Assembly: GCA_964016885.1 (NCBI GenBank)
Contig: CAXHJY010001465.1
Span: 1 to 31,955, forward strand
Length of the DNA: 31,955 nt
Direction: 5' to 3'
DNA from: Eledone cirrhosa
Lineage: Eukaryota
The notes under the pieces were generated by a model. That model was not told the DNA's origin. It was given only the letters and a program-made list of their open reading frames with translations, and made no database searches. This document shows, one piece after another, positions 24,309 to 31,955 of the stretch. Position 1 is the stretch's first letter, and every line of letters starts with the position of its first letter. The position numbers and the translations under genes are program-made.

Positions 24309-25995
24309 GTTTGTGTGTATGTATTTCCAGAGAGCACACGGGCCTATGTTTCTGTGTGTGTATGTATTTCCAGAGAGCACACGGGCCTATGTTTCTGTGT
24401 GTGTATGTATTTCCAGAGAGCACACGGGCCTATGTTTCTGTGTGTGTATGTATTTCCAGAGAGCACACGGGCCTATGTTTCTGTGTGTGTATGTATTTCT
24501 AGGGTGCACACGGACCTATGTTTCTGTGTGTGTATGTATTTCCAGAGAGCACACGGGCCTATGTTTCTGTGTGTGTGTGTGTGTATTTCCAGAGTGCACA
24601 CGGGCCTATGTTTCTGTGTGTGTATGTATTTCCAGAGTGCACACGGACCTATGTTTCTGTGTGTGTGTGTGTGTATGTATTTCCAGAGAGCACACGGGCC
24701 TATGTTTCTGTGTGTGTATGTATTTCCAGAGTGCACACGGACCTATGTTTCTGTGTGTGTGTGTGTGTGTGTGTATGTATTTCCAGAGAGCACACGGGCC
24801 TATGTTTCTGTGTGTGTATGTATTTCTAGGGTGCACACGGACCTATGTTTCTGTGTGTGTATGTATTTCCAGAGAGCACACGGGCCTATGTTTCTGTGTG
24901 TGTGTGTATTTCCAGAGTGCACACGGGCCTATGTTTCTGTGTGTGTATGTATTTCCAGAGTGCACACGGACCTATGTTTCTGTGTGTGTGTGTGTGTGTG
25001 TATGTATTTCCAGAGAGCACACGGGCCTATGTTTCTGTGTGTGTATGTATTTCCAGAGTGCACACGGACCTATGTTTCTGTGTGTGTGTGTGTGTGTGTG
25101 TGTATGTATTTCCAGAGAGCACACGGGCCTATGTTTCTGTGTGTGTATGTATTTCCAGGGTGCACACGGGCCTATGTTTCTGTGTGTGTGTGTGTGTGTA
25201 TGTATTTCCAGAGAGCACACGGGCCTATGTTTCTGTGTGTGTATGTATTTCCAGGGTGCACACGGGCCTATGTTTCTGTGTGTGTGTGTGTGTGTATGTA
25301 TTTCCAGAGAGCACACGGGCCTATGTTTCTGTGTGTGTGTGTGTGTGTGTGTGTATGTATTTCCAGAGAGCACACGGGCCTATGTTTCTGTGTGTGTATG
25401 TATTTCCAGAGTGCACACGGACCTATGTTTCTGTGTGTGTGTGTGTGTGTATGTATTTCCAGAGAGCACACGGGCCTATGTTTCTGTGTGTGTATGTATT
25501 TCCAGAGAGCACACGGGCCTATGTTTCTGTGTGTGTATGTATTTCCAGAGTGCACACGGGCCTATGTTTCTGTGTGTGTATGTATTTCCAGAGAGCACAC
25601 GGGCCTATGTTTCCGTGTGTGTATGTATTTCCAGAGAGCACACGGGCCTATGTTTCTGTGTGTGTATGTATTTCCAGAGTGCACACGGGCCTATGTTTCT
25701 GTGTGTGTATGTATTTCCAGAGTGCACACGGACCTATGTTTCTGTGTGTGTGTATGTATTTCCAGAGAGCACACGGGCCTATGTTTCTGTGTGTGTATGT
25801 ATTTCCAGAGTGCACACGGGCCTATGTTTCTGTGTGTGTATGTATTTCCAGAGTGCACACGGGCCTATTTTTCTGTGTGTGTGTGTGTGTGTATTTCCAG
25901 AGTGCACCCGGGCCTATGTTTCTGTGTGTGTGTGTGTGTATGTATTTCCAGAGTGCACCCGGGCCTATGTTTCTGTGTGTGTGTGTATGTATTCT
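24309..25995. repeat. 43-bp minisatellite, ~36 units, with variable (TG)n
   Basis: tatgtatttccagag(a/t)gcacacgg(g/a)cctatgtttc(tg)n. Confidence 0.97.
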
Positions 25996-26453
25996 GAAGA
26001 ATAGGTTCAACAACCAGCTTCATATATTTTCTCCTCTTCTCGTCACTCTTTCCTAAGTTCAATGACCAGTCTCGCATTTTCCCTTCTCTTTGCATCATTC
26101 TTTCCTTCCTCCCTTTCATTTCCCTTTTTATTTCTTCTCTCTCTCATATATATCCTTCTTTCTGTCTCACATCATTTTTTACGTTCTCTCCCTTTCTCGT
26201 TTGTTTGTATCTGCTTGCTTCTATCAATCTCTTCCTTTTCATTCCTGTCTAACACACACACACACACACACGCACTCTCTCTCTCTTTATCTCCCCCTCT
26301 ATAACTTTATAGTCCATCCTTGTCTGTATAGTTTGTCATCTCTTCACATCCTTATTGTCACCCCCACTCTCTCTCTTTATCTCTCTCATATGCAATCCAG
26401 TCTGTTTTCTTCTGTCTTCCTCCATCCTTCTTCGTCTCTGTTGTCCAGCCTAG

Positions 26454-26803
<350 letters not shown>

Positions 26804-27437
26804 TTTCCCTTTTCATCTCTTGCCATCCTCGTTTCCTTTATCTCTTTCTCACTCCTAAACAATTTGTAGAATTCTCAACGTGTGTCTGTGTGTCGGTGTG
26901 TCTGTGTGTGCGTGCCAAAGAAATACTGTCTACACGACATGAGTTTAGGTGAAGTACCTGGGAACGTGTAAATAAGGCGGTGTGTTGGTGTATTGAGGGT
27001 TAGTCTGATGCTGATTGACTGCTGCTAGCTGGTTGAGTGATTCAACGGAGTGAGGGGTAAGGTGATGGGTGTTATCAGATATGGTAGAGGACGGGACTCC
27101 CATCCACACATATATATATATATATACATACATATATATATATACATACATATATATATATAATGTGTGTGTGTCTGTGTGTGAAACGTGTTGAGTGCGT
27201 GTTTTATTTATTTTGTAACCGCGTCTCTGATTGGTCAATTTGTTTATTTGCCAAATGACTTAGCAGTGTTTTTTTGTTTTTGTTTTTGTTTTCAGTGTGT
27301 ATACATACACATACATGTGTTTACCTGTACGGTGGTGATTGGAGTGGGGTGGTGGGGGTCTCCCATTTATAGTACTAACGTAGTGCTCGTAATGTTTTTT
27401 AACTACAATAACTACTACTATTACTACTATTAACAGT

Positions 27438-27550
27438 AATATTAATGATTTCATTTATTGGCAACAAGGGCCGACATCTAGGGGACAATACAAAGACAGG
27501 GACAGTGGGGGACAATACAAAGACAGGGACAGCGGGGGATTACAATAAGC
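27438..27550 (-). mobile_element. 3' terminus of a LINE-like family Y, with internal ~27-bp duplication
   Basis: Minus strand ttgtcccctagatgtcggcccttgttgccaataaatgaaatcatt; matches 28530-28605; ggggacaatacaaagacagggacag occurs twice. Confidence 0.65.
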
Positions 27551-27661
27551 TCGAGTAAAAGTGCACAATGGCAAGACTAATATTAATACAAGTTCTATTT
27601 ATACTTTTCTTTCTCTCTACTAATATTTTAAACATTATAGTTACAAATGCCACTACAATTT

Positions 27662-27770
27662 ATAATAATTGTTTCTACATTTGGCACAAGGCCAGCAATT
27701 ACTCAGTACATTACTGGTACTTTATTTTATCGACCCCGTAAGGATGAAAGGCAAAGTTGACCTCAGCGGA
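27662..27770 (-). mobile_element. SINE family 1, 5'-truncated
   Basis: Family tail and central domain. Confidence 0.9.
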
Positions 27771-27789
27771 GTAGGGCTTTTTTGTTTTA

Positions 27790-27930
27790 ATGTGAGCACA
27801 GCATGGCCAACAATTCTGAGTTGGCGAATCAGGGGAGGGACTTTATTATATCGGGCCCTGGAAAGATAAAAATCTAATTTATTTGGGATTTGAACTCAGA
27901 ACATACTGAAGTAGAACTACAGCAGACCAT
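27790..27930 (-). mobile_element. SINE family 1, older degenerate copy
   Basis: ggccaacaatt...actttattatatcg...gggatttgaactcagaac. Confidence 0.6.
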
Positions 27931-28029
27931 TTTAATGGTATCTCTGTTTTGAGAGTGTGTGTGTGTGTGTGTGACGGCAGTAGTAATATAAGGTGTTATG
28001 TGTATATGGCAGAATTGTACTCCAACTGG

Positions 28030-28135
28030 CACTCTCAGGTCTCAAATAATGGTCCCACCACCCCCCGCTTATTATTTTTTCAGAATCCCACCCTCCCGCC
28101 AGCTTCCTCCCCTCCCATGCTTATTAAATTTTCTT
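28030..28135 (-). mobile_element. MITE right end (reverse orientation)
   Basis: Reverse complement matches 4091-4226. Confidence 0.6.
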
Positions 28136-28325
28136 AGTCTATCTCCGGCGAAATTTTATTTCAAGTGGTAGCAATCCTGCGACAATTGTGTAAAAGAAAA
28201 ACATCCTTTATTCGCCACAAGATGACCGTGAGAAAGGATTTGACGAACACCATTAAAGCACAACTTACATATCTAATAACATTATTGGTGCTTCATTACA
28301 ATATTTCCCATCACAAGAATAACAC

Positions 28326-28520
28326 ATAATAATTGTTTCTACGTTTGGCACAAGGCCAGCAATAACCCCCCAGTGTATTACTGGTACTTTATTTTATCGA
28401 CCCCGTAAGGATGAAAGGCGAAGTTAACCTCGGCGGGATTTGAACTCAGAACGTAAATGGCCATAACTATATGCTGTAAAGCATGGTGTCCGACGCTCTA
28501 CCGATACTGCCAATTCACCC
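28326..28520 (-). mobile_element. SINE family 1, young near full-length copy
   Basis: Reverse complement of the 10058-type sequence; approximate TSD aataac(ac/a)ataataat. Confidence 0.92.
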
Positions 28521-28522
28521 AC

Positions 28523-28815
28523 AATAACAATAATAATGGTTTCATTTATTGGCCACAAGGGCCGACATATAGGGGACAACACAAAAGACAGGGTTTACAA
28601 TAAACAAAAACAATAACAATCAACAAGAAAAACAGGGTTTACAATAAAAAAAAAACAATAACAATCAACAAGAAAATTATTAAATAATATAAAAATCCCT
28701 AATTGGGGGGGGGGGGCACCCAGGGGCGACTCAGGAACCTCACTAATCCTGAACCACCCGACGTTCTGAGGGCACCCGGGAAGGGCATCACTCTCCTCTT
28801 CAAACCAACCAGCCT
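28523..28815 (-). mobile_element. 3' UTR of LINE-like family Y with (ATT)n tail and 44-bp internal duplication
   Basis: Minus strand ...ggcccttgtggccaataaatgaaaccattattatt; acagggtttacaataa...caacaagaaaa at 28588 and 28632; GC-rich upstream part assigned tentatively. Confidence 0.55.
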
Positions 28816-28909
28816 AAAAAAAAAAAAAAAAATGTTAACTTTGTCCACAGATTATGAAGAATGCGTAAAATCGATTAAATCACCCCCACACCCCTACTCT
28901 ATCCTGTTT

Positions 28910-28965
28910 CACTAGGTACTTATTTTATCGATCCCGAAAAGTTGAAAGGTAAACTCAACCCTCGA
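28910..28965 (-). mobile_element. SINE family 1 fragment
   Basis: ggtacttattttatcgatcccgaaaagttgaaaggtaaa. Confidence 0.65.
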
Positions 28966-29032
28966 TCAGGTTTTCTCACCTTTCACGTATTTGTATTTTT
29001 ATGTGTGTGTGTGTGTGCAAATGCCTATTTAT

Positions 29033-29600
<568 letters not shown>

Positions 29601-30000
29601 GTCTTACCTGTTCCTTTTGGGAGTGGTTTAGAAAGTGTGTTTGTCGTTTGTCAGCAATAAAACTGTTCTTTATGATTAATTATTGCCCACTCATCATCAT
29701 CATCACCACTGTCACATTCACAATACATATACTACACACACTGCTCGCCTAGGAAGCACACACACATAAGCCGTACACTTATTCACATATAAAAATGCAT
29801 AGAATCCTTCGTTGAAGTTTATTAAATAACTTCGTATCCCCCCACCCCCCAGTATGCCCCACCCTCCCTCCAGCACCAATTTATCAAGAACTTCAACCAA
29901 AATTTAATTTATTGATTTTCATCTTCGATCTCTAGCTGGCGATTGTGGGAGGCTGCCCTCTAAACCAGCTGATGTGGGTGCCACTGGATGATGGACTTCT

Positions 30001-30260
30001 ATGATGATGATCTTCCACGCTTTTCCCTCCATGGCGCTGACCTTAGACGGTCGAGGTTGAGGTGCTGCGATTTCAAGTCCTCCGATGATTATGTTCTTCC
30101 ACCTTTTCCATCTATGGCGCTGACCTTAGCATGGTCGAGACGCTGTGATGTCACGTCCTCTTTGATTTGTTTCGCCCATGTCTTTCGTGCGCTACGCTTA
30201 ATTCTTCAGTGCATGGGTCGCTGTCGTGACAAATGTTGGTGTGCTAGTCTTCCAGTGCTC
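30001..30260 (-). mobile_element. RTE-like LINE 3' fragment with a duplicated terminus and (CAT)n tail
   Basis: Minus frame HLSRQ...RSARKTWAKQIKEDV; ctcgacc..ctaaggtcagcgccat.ga.ggaaaag.gtggaaga occurs twice (~30005-30085 and ~30087-30165). Confidence 0.6.
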
Positions 30261-30392
30261 ATCTACAGACGAGGCCAAAACATTGAAGCCTTCATTACTG
30301 GATTTGGTCTTCAATGGTCGGCTGCTGCTGGTATTGTTATGTGAGATTCGGTCGCATATAGAGACCTCCTTTATTACTGTTTTATTATTTCT

Positions 30393-30429
30393 AGGGCGGT
30401 GGATTGGCAGTATCGGTAGAGAGTCGGAC
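30393..30429 (+). mobile_element. SINE family 1 head only
   Basis: gggcggtggattggcagtatcggtagagagtcggac, cut off by the adjacent RTE tail. Confidence 0.8.
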
Positions 30430-30625
30430 TTCTTCTTCGTCCACTTAATCCTGAAAGGATCGTGGGGCACTGTCCTCAAATCCTCCTTCCAGCGGGTCCT
30501 GTCAGGAGCAACTGTCTCTAACTGATCGGGCTGGATCCCCAAGCGAGACAAGCCAAGTTCATGGATGTTATCCAAGCATCTTGCTCAGTCTACTCCTGGG
30601 TTTCCTGCCTGTAATATCTGTCCTA
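30430..30625 (-). mobile_element. RTE-clade (Expander/Rex3-like) LINE 3' end with (GAA)n tail
   Basis: LDNIHELGLSRLGIQPDQLETVAPDRTRWKEDLRTVP; same family as 13411-14322. Confidence 0.82.
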
Positions 30626-31024
30626 GAAGGTCACCACTAGAAGGTCTTAGATTATAGAACGTGATTAGAGTTGATCTCACTAACAACGTGTCGTCTTACT
30701 AACATTTTCTACACTACCAGAAATGAGCTAAAACTAGTTTCTATTGAGCAGTCTTTGTATGCCATTTTTAGGGCATTCGTTGAGGAAGGAGTGATCTCAG
30801 TAAGTGTTGAACATTACAAGTCAGCCATGAATTCTATTCGTATTGTTTACTGATGAAAGTCAACCGCTGACTACATAATTCAAATAGGGTGACTTGAGGA
30901 AGATTGAGCTACCATTTAGGCATGATGGTGGTGGTAAATGCATGAGTCACATAATCCATTTCCTCCTCTCAATTCCAATATCATGACTACACACTTCCTT
31001 CTCTATCCCTATATATATATATAT

Positions 31025-31070
<46 letters not shown>

Positions 31071-31084
31071 TATATATATATATA

Positions 31085-31400
31085 TGGCTTAGTGGTTAGA
31101 GCATTGGCCTTGCAATCGAAAGGTTGTGAGTTCAATTCTCAGACCGGGTGATGTGTTGTTTCCTTGAGCAAGACACTTTATTTCACATTGCTCCAGTTTA
31201 CTCAGCTGTAGAAATATAGGGACTGGGTTCCCTATCATTCCACTGCAAAGTGGACGTGTAGGTGCCATGGCAAAAAAGCACCCAGCACTCACTGTAAATG
31301 AGGTTGGTGTTAGGAAGGGCATCCAGCTGTAGAAATCAAGCCAGAATCAGTTCCCGTCCCACCCTTGTAAGCAAGGAAAAGCGGACGTAAAATGAAATGA
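31085..31400 (+). mobile_element. CORE-type tRNA SINE with RTE-related 3' part (OR1/OR2-like by recall)
   Basis: A-box tggcttagtggttag, B-box gagttcaattctc, CORE tccttgagcaagacacttta...ttgctccagtttactcagctgta, ggttggtgttaggaagggcatccagctgtagaaa, gacgtaaaatgaaatga end. Confidence 0.85.
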
Positions 31401-31543
31401 TATATATATATATAATATATATATATATATTATATATAATATATATATATAATATATATATATTATATATATATATAATATATATATATATTATATATAT
31501 ATAATATATATATATTATATATATATAATATATATTATATATA

Positions 31544-31587
<44 letters not shown>

Positions 31588-31592
31588 TATAG

Positions 31593-31623
<31 letters not shown>

Positions 31624-31748
31624 ATATATATATATATATTATATATATATATATTATATATATATATAATATATATATAATATATATATATTATATATAT
31701 ATATATTATATATATATTATATATATAATATATAATATATATATATAT

Positions 31749-31792
<44 letters not shown>

Positions 31793-31866
31793 ATATATAT
31801 ATAATATATATATAATATATATATAATATATATATATTATATATATATTATATATATATTATATAT

Positions 31867-31955
<89 letters not shown>
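31400..31955. repeat. Almost pure A/T (TA)n/(TAA) field
   Basis: Direct reading. Confidence 0.97.

Noticed and set aside
24309-25995. CRISPR-like regular array and 400-565 aa ORFs
   Set aside because: The intervals between repeats are only (TG)n, not unique spacers; the context is eukaryotic with no cas genes; the ORFs arise from a stop-poor tandem unit.
30850-30880. CTGATGA-agtca/tgact hairpin
   Set aside because: Lacks GAAA and stem III.
31085-31150. tRNA gene (also the heads at 379, 10058, 28440-28520)
   Set aside because: A/B boxes run into SINE bodies; no complete cloverleaf or poly-T terminator.

Overview
Eukaryotic, AT-rich, repeat-saturated intronic or intergenic DNA. The SINE families and extreme microsatellite load point to a coleoid cephalopod, probably Octopus; this is recall-based inference, not a search result. 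No intact protein-coding gene is supported, and almost all long ORFs in the track are microsatellite or minisatellite artefacts. The window holds about 15 copies of a tRNA-derived SINE with an (ATT)n tail, several CORE-type SINEs, and 3' fragments of RTE, CRE-like, Vingi/Ingi-like and R4/Dong-like LINEs. It also has MITE ends, a 43-bp minisatellite with higher-order structure and multi-kb (TA/TG) fields. Three highlights: (1) three minus-strand type I hammerhead ribozymes (8498-8566, 21521-21587, 23190-23261) share near-identical stem I and core but have entirely different, still base-paired long stem II; two sit in inverted-repeat structures typical of Penelope-like/retrozyme elements. (2) A four-layer nested insertion (RTE < CRE < Vingi < SINE) at 13411-14320 has recoverable TSDs. 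(3) An RLE-type retrotransposon fragment is embedded in (CATA)n, a candidate microsatellite-targeting family.
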